Shown piece after piece: positions 31,890 through 40,500 of a stretch of DNA of 64,000 nucleotides. How positions within the stretch are numbered: position 1 is the first letter of the stretch; every line of letters starts with the position of its first letter. The translations under genes were made by a program, and so were the position numbers. Under the pieces are notes generated by a model. The model made no database searches. It saw only the letters and a list, made by a program, of their open reading frames with translations, and had not been told where the DNA came from. Where the stretch lies: positions 1,280-65,279 of the forward strand of contig JAHITE010000123.1 in NCBI GenBank assembly GCA_018817585.1, read 5' to 3'. This stretch comes from Candidatus Omnitrophota bacterium (lineage in GTDB: Bacteria > Omnitrophota > Gorgyraeia > B26-G9).

Positions 31890-32344
31890 GGATAATCCGC
31901 TTCCAGTTGTTTTTCAATATTATTTAATTGCTGTTTTATTCGAATAGTTTGAAATTTAGACAAGTTTATGTTTTTCAAATCACTAAGCAACGGTTTAATT
32001 ATATCTGAAACAGTTGCATACTCCTGCTTATATTCGTCTAAAGCTAATCCCTGCATTAGTTTAATATACTTAGAAGCATTATGTACCATGCGGTAAGTCC
32101 ACAGCTTATTTTCCTGAAATGAGGTTTGGGCTTCTTCCAAAGAAGATACTGCCAATAAATGATATTGATTGTAAAGTTCTTGACTGGATTTAGGGGCAGC
32201 AATCGTCTCTTCGTACTCAAGCACTGGGGTATTTGGTTCAGACAACTGCTTATCATCAGGGCCGCCGATTTCTACTCCGGCGACAAAACCGCATAAAAAT
32301 AATGCAGTTATAATAATACTGATCAAATATAAATATTTTTTCAT
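31856..32344 (-). CDS. hypothetical periplasmic/anchored protein (signal peptide), first gene of the secretin operon
   Basis: N-terminal hydrophobic signal/anchor; no conserved domain recognised. Confidence 0.35.
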   Translation of the reverse strand: MKKYLYLISIIITALFLCGFVAGVEIGGPDDKQLSEPNTPVLEYEETIAAPKSSQELYNQYHLLAVSSLEEAQTSFQENKLWTYRMVHNASKYIKLMQGLALDEYKQEYATVSDIIKPLLSDLKNINLSKFQTIRIKQQLNNIEKQLEADYPWEKVKTWIKE

Positions 32345-32418
32345 CGTCCCTGACCAAGCCTTTGCGCTAGATATTCAGCAATCCTTGCTTTCCTTATCTT
32401 AGTTTGAGCTTTAGGAAT

Positions 32419-32447
32419 ATTATAACTAATTCTTTTTATTTCCACAA
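32419..32447 (-). promoter_or_regulatory. near-consensus sigma-70-type promoter driving the secretin/peptidase operon
   Basis: On the minus strand: TTGTGG (-35, plus 32442-32447), 17-nt spacer, TATAAT (-10, plus 32419-32424), about 70 nt upstream of the ATG at 32344. Confidence 0.5.
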
Positions 32448-32458
32448 GTCTTTTTTTA

Positions 32459-32488
32459 GTGTCAGATACTGCAGTGTCAGATACTGCA
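32459..32488. repeat. perfect 2 x 15-bp tandem direct repeat GTGTCAGATACTGCA immediately upstream of the -35; candidate operator
   Basis: Read directly from the sequence: two identical adjacent 15-mers between the acyP stop (32491) and the promoter. Confidence 0.7.
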
Positions 32489-32490
32489 CC

Positions 32491-32766
32491 TTAAAAAGTT
32501 ATTTCAAAACCCTTAAAATCATTTCCAGCCTTATCCCAGGAAATTTGCTTATCCCGGACATACTGACTCAAAACCGCATCGATTTTTGCTAAAAAATCCA
32601 GAAGAGTTTGTTGTTTTGCTTCAGCAATTAATTCCACCCTTCCGTCAGCCAGGTTTCGCACTAAGCCCAGAACCGCGAACTCAGTAGCAATATTTCTTAC
32701 CTGATAACGAAAACCCACTCCCTGAACCATTCCTGAATAATAAACATGTATTTGTTTTGATCTCAT
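32491..32766 (-). CDS. acyP: acylphosphatase
   Basis: VYYSGMVQGVGFRY signature; 91 aa. Confidence 0.85.
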   Translation of the reverse strand: MRSKQIHVYYSGMVQGVGFRYQVRNIATEFAVLGLVRNLADGRVELIAEAKQQTLLDFLAKIDAVLSQYVRDKQISWDKAGNDFKGFEITF

Positions 32767-32891
32767 TATACCTTCTTTTCAACTTTGATTTATCAATTAT
32801 TTTAACAAATTAACCGCAAACACGTCAAGGGAACTTTATTTGCTTTACTAAAACTAATGATTTAGTGTAAAATAATTTAAAAGGATTTAAG

Positions 32892-33836
32892 ATGATAAAG
32901 AAAAATATATTTTCTATTGGTTTAGACAGTCAAACAATCGAATCGCTTTATGCTTATTTAGCTGATGGTTTTGATTTTATTCTTATTGAGACAGCCGAAG
33001 ACTTGATGAGTAAAATTAAAAAATACAAAGTAAGTTTAATGTTTTTAAACAATCATTTACCTGACTTTGATAACTGCCAAGAGCTGTGCATTGCTCTGCG
33101 TTCTCAGCCAAACACAGAAACAGTGCCTTTAATTGTCCTGACCAATGACCAGCCGGAATCACTTCAAAAAGAAAAAATCTCGCTGTTTCAAGCCGGGTTG
33201 ATTGACGGTTATTTTTCCATGCCCTTGAATGCTGAAGAAGTAACCGCGTACTCAAATGTTTTTCTACAGCGCCAGGCTTTACAAGAAGAACTGGAAGAAA
33301 CAAATAAACTGCTGTCCCAAATTTCTACCACTGATGAATTAATGCAAATTTATAACCGCCGCTATTTAATCCATCGCTTAGAAGATGAGCTGCTCAGAAT
33401 AAAACGCTATAATTATCCGCTTTCGGCAATTATGATTGATTTAGATTATTTTAAAAAGATAAATGACCAGTATGGGCACGCCCAGGGGGACAAAGCACTC
33501 AAAGGATTAGCGCTTTTTTTAAAGCAAAACATTCGGGCAATGGATATTCTTTGCCGCTATGGAGGCGAAGAAATTGTGATTCTCCTGCCCCACACCAATG
33601 CCAAAGGCGCTTCGCTGACTGCGGAACGCCTTCGTAGCCACATCAAGGCGCATAATTTTGGAGATAGCGACAATCCGCTCTGCTTTACTGTAAGTATTGG
33701 CCTGGTTACTTTTGACAGACAAGATGACCTCAATGTCGACAAAGTTATCAGCGCTCTTGATATCCAGCTTTATAAAGCCAAAAATAGCGGCCGAAATAAG
33801 GTTTGTGAAGTTCTATACAAAGACACTATCTTGTAA
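32892..33836 (+). CDS. diguanylate cyclase (GGDEF) with N-terminal phosphorylation-incompetent pseudo-receiver domain
   Basis: GGDEF domain with RYGGEEI active-site variant, I-site RAMD five residues upstream, substrate-binding region around KINDQYGH; the REC-like N-terminus has Asn where the phospho-acceptor Asp should be (LMFLNNHLPDFD). Confidence 0.75.
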   Translation: MIKKNIFSIGLDSQTIESLYAYLADGFDFILIETAEDLMSKIKKYKVSLMFLNNHLPDFDNCQELCIALRSQPNTETVPLIVLTNDQPESLQKEKISLFQAGLIDGYFSMPLNAEEVTAYSNVFLQRQALQEELEETNKLLSQISTTDELMQIYNRRYLIHRLEDELLRIKRYNYPLSAIMIDLDYFKKINDQYGHAQGDKALKGLALFLKQNIRAMDILCRYGGEEIVILLPHTNAKGASLTAERLRSHIKAHNFGDSDNPLCFTVSIGLVTFDRQDDLNVDKVISALDIQLYKAKNSGRNKVCEVLYKDTIL

Positions 33837-34038
33837 ACCCTAATTGATCCCTATTAAATCAGATACAAGTCACCAGGGTTATGGTTATGGTAACGATGCC
33901 CGTTTCGTTTTAGGGCAACGTCTATCGGCTTAAAATTTTTAACCGTGACCGTTAAGCGTTACAGATACGGGCTTCGTCACCAACTACCCTTTACCCGTTC
34001 TTTTTCTATATTCGGTTCTCTGTCTTCCTAAGCGTAAT

Positions 34039-34338
34039 TCACATCCCTGGAATTTTAAGATCACCCATAACTGACTTTAATTGTTCAGCAGCAACCTTCT
34101 GGACTTTATCTGACGCCGCGTTAATGCCGTTAACCAGTTCTTTTTCCAAGCGCTCCTTTTTATCCGCGACAAGCAAAGCCTCATTAATCACTACTGCGAT
34201 TACTCTTTGAGTTCCGCTCATTGTAATTTTAATTTGGCCTTGAGCTGTTTCATGATCAATAATAACTTTTTCCAAACCTTTTTTAATATCATTCATCTTT
34301 TTCTGTGCTTCAAAAATATTTTTTAATTTACCCAGCAT
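34039..34338 (-). CDS. ybaB: nucleoid-associated protein YbaB/EbfC
   Basis: MLGKLKNIFEAQKKMNDIKKGLEK... YbaB family. Start set at the MLGKL Met; the ORF track extends 16 codons further upstream (to 34386). Confidence 0.8.
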   Translation of the reverse strand: MLGKLKNIFEAQKKMNDIKKGLEKVIIDHETAQGQIKITMSGTQRVIAVVINEALLVADKKERLEKELVNGINAASDKVQKVAAEQLKSVMGDLKIPGM

Positions 34339-34506
34339 TACCGCCTCCTTATTGGTTGTTTCGCGTTTACGCGTTCTGTTTTTCACTTTATAACTTTACA
34401 AACTTTCTACTATGTACTTCTGCCTTGAAGTTAGTATCATAATACATTTTGAAATATTTTTCAATTATTTATTGTCAATAAAAAAACCCTATGTTAACAT
34501 ATTAAT

Positions 34507-35544
34507 ATGAAACAAAATTTAAAAATCTTAATCAATCAGCAATTACGCTCTTTTATCCTGGCCCGATTAAAAAACTATAAACTTAATCGGATCAACAGCG
34601 TCCTGGATAAAAGCATTAAAGAATTTATTTTTCGCGATGGTAAAAGAGTCAGGCCGATATTTTTTCTTTTAGCCTACAGCGGTTATTCCCGCAAGAAACA
34701 ACTGAGCGATGATCTAATTCAAACTTCCTTAGCCTTTGAGTTATTGCATGACTTCCTTTTGGTACATGATGATATTATTGATAATGCTGATACCCGCCGC
34801 GGCAAACCAACCATGCACCGAATGCTTCAAAAAGCCCTGAAACAGCCGGAAAAAATCGGAAAAGATTTAAGCATTATTGTCGGAGATATCATTTATGCTT
34901 TAGCCCTTGAAGCCTTTCTTATGGCAAAAGCTATTCAGACAAATAAAGAAGCTGCTTTACATATCTTTCTCAGTTCCACCATCCTGACCGGAGCTGGAGA
35001 GTTTATTGATGTTCTCAATGGCTTAAGTCCAATCACCAAAGTAGGCTTAAAGCATATCCGAATGAATTATTTATTAAAAACTGCTGAATACACATTTAAA
35101 TCACCGTTGGCCTGTGGTTGCGTGCTGGCCGGAGCACCGAGAACCGAAGTAAAAAAACTGCTCCAGCTCGGTGAATTTCTTGGTGAGGGTTTCCAGATAA
35201 ACGATGATTTAATCGGAATTTTCAGCCAAAGCAAAAAAATCGGAAAATCTGTTTTAAGTGATATTATTGAAGCAAAAAAAACTCTCCCCTTATTCTTAGC
35301 TTATAAAAAAGCCTCTTTATCTGATAAAGCTTTTATTAATAAATCTTTGGGTAATACAAATCTTAAATACTCGGATCTGCAGAAAATCCGAAAAATAATT
35401 ATTGATACTGGCGCTTACGCGCGGACAAAACAAGCAATAAACAAACTAATCGAAAAATCAGAAACATTAATTGACTCTTTAAAAATGCATACAAGTCAAA
35501 AACAATTGTTTAAAAATTACATTCTTTCCTTTATTAAAAACTAG
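34507..35544 (+). CDS. polyprenyl diphosphate synthase (trans-isoprenyl diphosphate synthase family)
   Basis: First Asp-rich motif LLVHDDIIDN and second FQINDDLIG; about 345 aa. Confidence 0.75.
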   Translation: MKQNLKILINQQLRSFILARLKNYKLNRINSVLDKSIKEFIFRDGKRVRPIFFLLAYSGYSRKKQLSDDLIQTSLAFELLHDFLLVHDDIIDNADTRRGKPTMHRMLQKALKQPEKIGKDLSIIVGDIIYALALEAFLMAKAIQTNKEAALHIFLSSTILTGAGEFIDVLNGLSPITKVGLKHIRMNYLLKTAEYTFKSPLACGCVLAGAPRTEVKKLLQLGEFLGEGFQINDDLIGIFSQSKKIGKSVLSDIIEAKKTLPLFLAYKKASLSDKAFINKSLGNTNLKYSDLQKIRKIIIDTGAYARTKQAINKLIEKSETLIDSLKMHTSQKQLFKNYILSFIKN

Positions 35545-35552
35545 GTTTACTT

Positions 35553-36392
35553 ATGAAAACTATCACAATCACAAAAAGCGCGGGATTTTGCTTTGGAGTT
35601 CGCCGGGCATTACAATTAGCCGAGCAAACAGCCAGCGCTAATAAAAAAGTCTACATGCTCGGAGAAATTGTCCACAATCCCCGGGTTGTCAATGACATTA
35701 AAAAAACCGGGGTTATTAAAATTAATGAACTGCGCCCGCAGCACAACGGTATTCTTCTAATCCGGGCGCATGGAGCGCCAAGGGAAACTTATAAAAAAGC
35801 GGAAAAGCTGGGATATACAATCATTGATGCTACCTGCCCGATGGTAAAAGAAATCCATTCCATTGCCCGGGAATACGAACAGAAAAAGTTCAAGATTATT
35901 ATTATTGGCGATAAAAAACACGATGAAGTTATCGGAATTAAAGGTAATTTAGAAACCGAACCAATCATTATTGCCAAAAAAAAGGAAATCACGCCAAAAG
36001 CATTTTACCGGGTTAGCAAAGCAGCCGTGGTTGTTCAATCAACCCAGAATATTGACAAAGTATTAGATATTGTGGAGAAGCTGGAAAAACACATTAAAAA
36101 AGTAGTATTCTGCAATACTATTTGTCTGCCCACCCGCTTAAAACAGCAAGAAATTCAGGAGCTTCCGGCAACACAGGATATGATGATTATTATTGGCGCA
36201 AAAAGCAGCGCGAATACCAAACGTTTGTATGAATTATCCAAAAAAATAAATCCTAATACTTATTGGGTAAATTCAAAAACTGATATTCGAAAAAGCTGGT
36301 TTAAAAACAAACAAAAAATCGGAATTGGCGCCGGCGCCTCAACTCCCGAATACATTATTAAAGAAATTGCTTCTTATATCCGCTCAATTTGA
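35553..36392 (+). CDS. ispH: 4-hydroxy-3-methylbut-2-enyl diphosphate reductase
   Basis: GFCFGVRRAL N-terminal Cys motif, VHNPRV, LytB fold; about 280 aa. Confidence 0.9.
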   Translation: MKTITITKSAGFCFGVRRALQLAEQTASANKKVYMLGEIVHNPRVVNDIKKTGVIKINELRPQHNGILLIRAHGAPRETYKKAEKLGYTIIDATCPMVKEIHSIAREYEQKKFKIIIIGDKKHDEVIGIKGNLETEPIIIAKKKEITPKAFYRVSKAAVVVQSTQNIDKVLDIVEKLEKHIKKVVFCNTICLPTRLKQQEIQELPATQDMMIIIGAKSSANTKRLYELSKKINPNTYWVNSKTDIRKSWFKNKQKIGIGAGASTPEYIIKEIASYIRSI

Positions 36393-36398
36393 ATAATA

Positions 36399-36799
36399 AT
36401 ATCACAAGGTCACAATGACACCAGGTCACAAGAGATAAGTTATTAGTTGTTTGACTTGGCAAAAACACATCTTTTCGCTAAGCCTGAGTCTGCATCGTGC
36501 AGGCCCAGCCGCGCGTTCTCACTATTTTGACATCCCTGTCAAAATTACGCTCGAAAGCGCCGCTCAAAGAGAATTTTTGCCAATGCGTCCTTCGTCCTAG
36601 CGTAGCGATCGTCTTTCATCATTCGGTCTTCCGCAATACGCGATACTCACGACGCAATACAGAAACATAGGTTTAATTTTTTTTAGAGTTTATATTTTTG
36701 GATTTATTTAGGATTTAGAGTTTAGAGTTTTTTAAAAAAAGTGTCAACTATTTTATGTAGCTTTTAACTTGTGTCCTTGTGACTTGTGTCTTTGTGACC
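36399..36799. mobile_element. MITE-like non-autonomous element: about 32-bp imperfect terminal inverted repeats (GTCACAAG-rich) flanking a GC-richer non-coding core
   Basis: Left end ATCACAAGGTCACAATGACACCAGGTCACAAG (36399-36430). Right end CTTGTGTCCTTGTGACTTGTGTCTTTGTGACC (36768-36799), whose reverse complement is GGTCACAAAGACACAAGTCACAAGGACACAAG. The element sits between the ispH stop (36392) and the HIT stop (36800); no ORF inside. Confidence 0.5.
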
Positions 36800-37219
36800 T
36801 TATACAAGGATGCCTCTGATTTTTTCAGTAATCGCCGCGACTTCGGATTCAGGATAGGCTTCTTTTTGCTGATTGCCCCAAACAACATTCGGCCAGCAAT
36901 AATCAGTGGGATTGCGCCCGACAATATGGATATGCATTTGACTGACAATATTCCCAATTGCCGCCACATTCAGTTTGCTTACTTGCGGATAAGCTGATTT
37001 AACAAAATTCGATATTAGATTTATTTCATTTAAAAGTACGGTTTGCTGATTTTGATTTAACTCACAGAGCTCTTTGCTATCAGTTTGCGGAACCAGAATA
37101 AACCAAGGCACAAGCTGATTATTCATCAATAATAAGACGCTCAAATCCAGTTTTCCCAAAACAAAACAGTCAGCAGCCAACCTCGGGTCTAAAATAAAAT
37201 TATTTAGCTTTAAATCCAT
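36800..37219 (-). CDS. HIT-family (histidine triad) nucleotide hydrolase
   Basis: Histidine triad SQMHIHIVGR; about 139 aa. Confidence 0.75.
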   Translation of the reverse strand: MDLKLNNFILDPRLAADCFVLGKLDLSVLLLMNNQLVPWFILVPQTDSKELCELNQNQQTVLLNEINLISNFVKSAYPQVSKLNVAAIGNIVSQMHIHIVGRNPTDYCWPNVVWGNQQKEAYPESEVAAITEKIRGILV

Positions 37220-37233
37220 ATTCTCCGCGCTTT

Positions 37234-37476
37234 CTAAATAATAACTTTGAATTTTTTATTTTCAAATTCAATAATATCGCCGGTAACAATTTTTTTGGCT
37301 TTACGGGTTTCTATCTGATTATTAACCTTAACATGCCCCTGCGATATTTCCAATTTAGCATGACCGCCGCTTTGCACCAAATCATGCAGTTTAAGGATCT
37401 TACATAATTCACAAGGCTGATGCGCTAATTTGATGGTTTTATATTCTTCCATATTCCCTCTTTGATTTTCAATCAT
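37234..37476 (-). CDS. S4-domain RNA-binding protein (YaaA-like)
   Basis: Matches B. subtilis YaaA: LHDLVQSGGHAKLEISQGHVKVNNQIETRKAKKIVTGDIIEF; 80 aa. Confidence 0.7.
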   Translation of the reverse strand: MIENQRGNMEEYKTIKLAHQPCELCKILKLHDLVQSGGHAKLEISQGHVKVNNQIETRKAKKIVTGDIIEFENKKFKVII

Positions 37477-37487
37477 TTATATCTTTT

Positions 37488-37518
37488 AAAAAAAAGGGAA
37501 GCGTTAAAGCGTCCCTTT
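37488..37518 (-). terminator. rho-independent terminator downstream of the 1115-aa gene
   Basis: On the minus strand, hairpin GGGACGCTTTAACGCTTCCC followed by TTTTTTTT. Confidence 0.6.
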
Positions 37519-37551
37519 AAAAACAATAAATCAAATTAATTCTGATTAATT

Positions 37552-40500
37552 TTAGCCCAACTGGACATCGATCCTGCTGATCTTACCGTCTCTGAGCATT
37601 TGCGCGTATTCACTATCCAGCACACTGCTTTCCACATTTACCCGATTGCCATTATCCAAAGCAATCCGCATTGATAAAGGCTTTACTCCGCCTTTACCAT
37701 AAGTATTTTTATTCTTAGGATTATGATAAATAACTAAAGTCGAATTTAAGAATTTAAAAGCATATGAGTTTTTCGGCAAATCAATAATCACATGCTTATC
37801 CTTGCCCAAGCAATACTCAAAAACTGCTTCTTCCTGAGTAAACATCCACGCTGGCAAAGCTGGCTCAAACCGCGCGATCAAGCCCTTGTTTTCATTTAAG
37901 CGAAAAGGATTTTGCCCAACATTCATCCACAACCACATGGTAATAAACTCAGCAGTAGAACCGCTTAGGCGGGCCACAAATCCATTACCGTGCAGGGTTT
38001 TATCAGGAAAAGCACTGCTAACCAGAAATGAGGAGTTTTCCAAAATACTTCGGCCGTATCTTTCCGCCGGCTGGAATGGTATCAGCACGTTTTTAAACTC
38101 AGTAAAAAACTCTTCATATAAACCATTGCGTAATAATTCCAAGATGAACTTATATTCCATATGCAGCCAGATTGACTCATTTTCCAACCATCCGGGAGTA
38201 AATACTCTGGCGCGACCAATATCTTTAGTCACTTTTTCCAAAGAAGCATTTACTTTAAACATTTTCAATGGTTTATCATACAAAGCGCTCTTTCGGGTAT
38301 TAGCATAAAGCGCTTTTACTTTTTTAGCATCCTGAACGCATCTTAAAGCATGAACCTGCGCTTCTAAAAACAAGGGCAAGGGTTTTTGTTTAAACTGTTT
38401 TGGCTGCACGCAGAAAAGACCATCTTTGCTTTTTTTAAATCCATCGCGGGTTTTAATTTTATTAAATTTAGTTACTTCATTTATAAAATAAGTATGATAT
38501 AAACCGGTTTTTTTATCTTTAGAATTAGCCAGGCTTATTTCCAGCTTTGCTGACATCTTCATTAAAATTGCTTTAATTTCTTTAATTTTCAAATCAACTA
38601 ATTTGCCATTAATTCCTCGGGAGATTTGTTTACGGTAAGTTTCTTTAAGCGCGTAAGACTTATCCCAATAAAGCATTTCCCGACTCTTGGTCTTGCTCTT
38701 AAGATAATTATTAACTAATCCCACAAGCCCTTGAATAAAATCATCCAATTCTTTCGGAACACTGACCAGTAAATCAGATTCGAGTTTCAGCTGCTCTATA
38801 CAGTTTAAAATAAAATCAATCAACCGCTTAAGCTCAAAGGTTTCGCATACCGATGAACCAAACAATCCGGGCAGACCATTTAAAGCATCATACCAACCCG
38901 GCTTATTCGCTTCCATTTCAATTCCACAGCCAAAAGCATCCAAAGATGCCATTTTATTAGTCAGCAGACAAAGCATTTTACTCAGTAATGTGGTTTTATA
39001 AATACTGCCGTTTCCCTGCTCAGTTCTAATTGCCCAATCATCACTGTTTTTCGCTCGGCAAAATTCAGATTCATCTTTAACGCCGTCTAAACCAACCGCG
39101 TGATACTGCCGAACCATATCATTATAAAGAATATATTTTTCATCACGGTTTTTAACTTTCACACAGTTATTAAAATAAACAAATTGTTTTTTATTCAACA
39201 GAATATCACTGAGTCTTTCCGGATAAATTGCCAGATAAGACTCCAAAGCATCCAGATTATAAGTCCAATGATCAACCCAGAATCCTTCACCGTGTTCCGC
39301 GTTTTGCTGACGTTTGCAGCTGGAAAGCAATTCAGTAAGAAATTTTTCTTTGCTTACCTTTAAATTAATCCCATTAATCTCTAAAAATATAAATAAATCG
39401 CCCAAAGCAAATTGTTTTTTAATAAACTTTTCTACTCTTAGCGCGTCGCTTTTCTTTTCCAGCACTACTTTGATATTTTTAAATGACTGATTGTCTTTAA
39501 GCTTAAATCTATCACCATAAACAACCAGAGGATTAAACCCATCCAGCTGAATAAGATTAAAAAAAACAATTATATTGGCATCCTGAACCATAGGATTAAA
39601 CCAAACATCATCCCGCCGATTCTGATTAACATCCCGGTAATTTCCATTTCCCTGCGACAAATATGTCGGCTCTATTAAGAAATTATTATAATCCCGCTCC
39701 AGATCCCCATGCTTACGGGAATAAACATGATAAACATGTGATTTCTCCTTACCCTCCAGAGTTATTGCCAATCCGCCTCTTAAAACATTGTCCAGATATG
39801 TTTGCTTACAATAAAGATCATATGTCGAATTTCCGCTCTTAGTAAAAATATTACTCTGAACTTTGGCGACTTCTTGCTTATATTCACAAGCTTTATTGAT
39901 TAAAAAATCATTATTATTTGCTTTAGCGATCAATGCCTGCAATTGCGCTTCTTCCCGGGCATAGCCGATCAAGCTGGTAATTGTCACTTCTTCCTGCGGC
40001 TTTAAAACCAGATCAATATAACTAAACGCCGAAGGAGTTTTGCTGGAAGTTATCTGCTCCTGTGGTACTTTAAAGTTTTTTTGACAGAAAAAACGCGGAT
40101 ACTGAAAGGTTTTATTTTGACCAAATACCACATCCGGATCAACAATAAACTCAGTTTTCTTATTAGAATTATTAGTATTGGCGTAACTATAATAGAAATT
40201 TCCACCTTTTATATACAGGACTTGCGGACTGTCCGAAGGATCAACCGCCAATTTATAAAACGGTGCTTTAAATTTTGTCACAAACTCTACCTGCATCCAG
40301 GCTTCAATTGTCCTGCCAATATCTTTTAAAAAACGGTCATTGGCGCCGCAAGGAATCACCTGCGCTAATCCATCGATAATTTCCAAAGATTTAGGCTTAT
40401 TTGAAATATTTTTTATGGTTAAATTACGCACCAGACAGCCCAGAGGCTCATTGGACATAGTAAAATATTTTGCTTCGATTTTTAAACCAATTGTCCGATT

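Noticed and set aside
31856-32344. 162-aa first operon gene considered as a PilN homolog
   Set aside because: PilN has a short cytoplasmic N-terminus before its TM helix for PilM binding. This ORF starts directly with a signal-peptide-like hydrophobic segment and no pilM is present.
32404-32592. Plus-strand 62-aa ORF spanning the direct repeat/promoter region and the acyP 3' end
   Set aside because: Runs antisense through acyP and across an obvious promoter. The translation is low complexity, so it is an artefact.
36440-36700. GC-rich core of the MITE-like element tested as RNase P RNA, tmRNA or SRP RNA
   Set aside because: A fragment ACAGAAACATAGG faintly recalls the RNase P P4 3'-strand, but the obligatory GGAAAGUCCGG 5'-strand, tmRNA GGUUCGA/CCA end and SRP GGAAGG/AGCAGC motifs are all absent on both strands.
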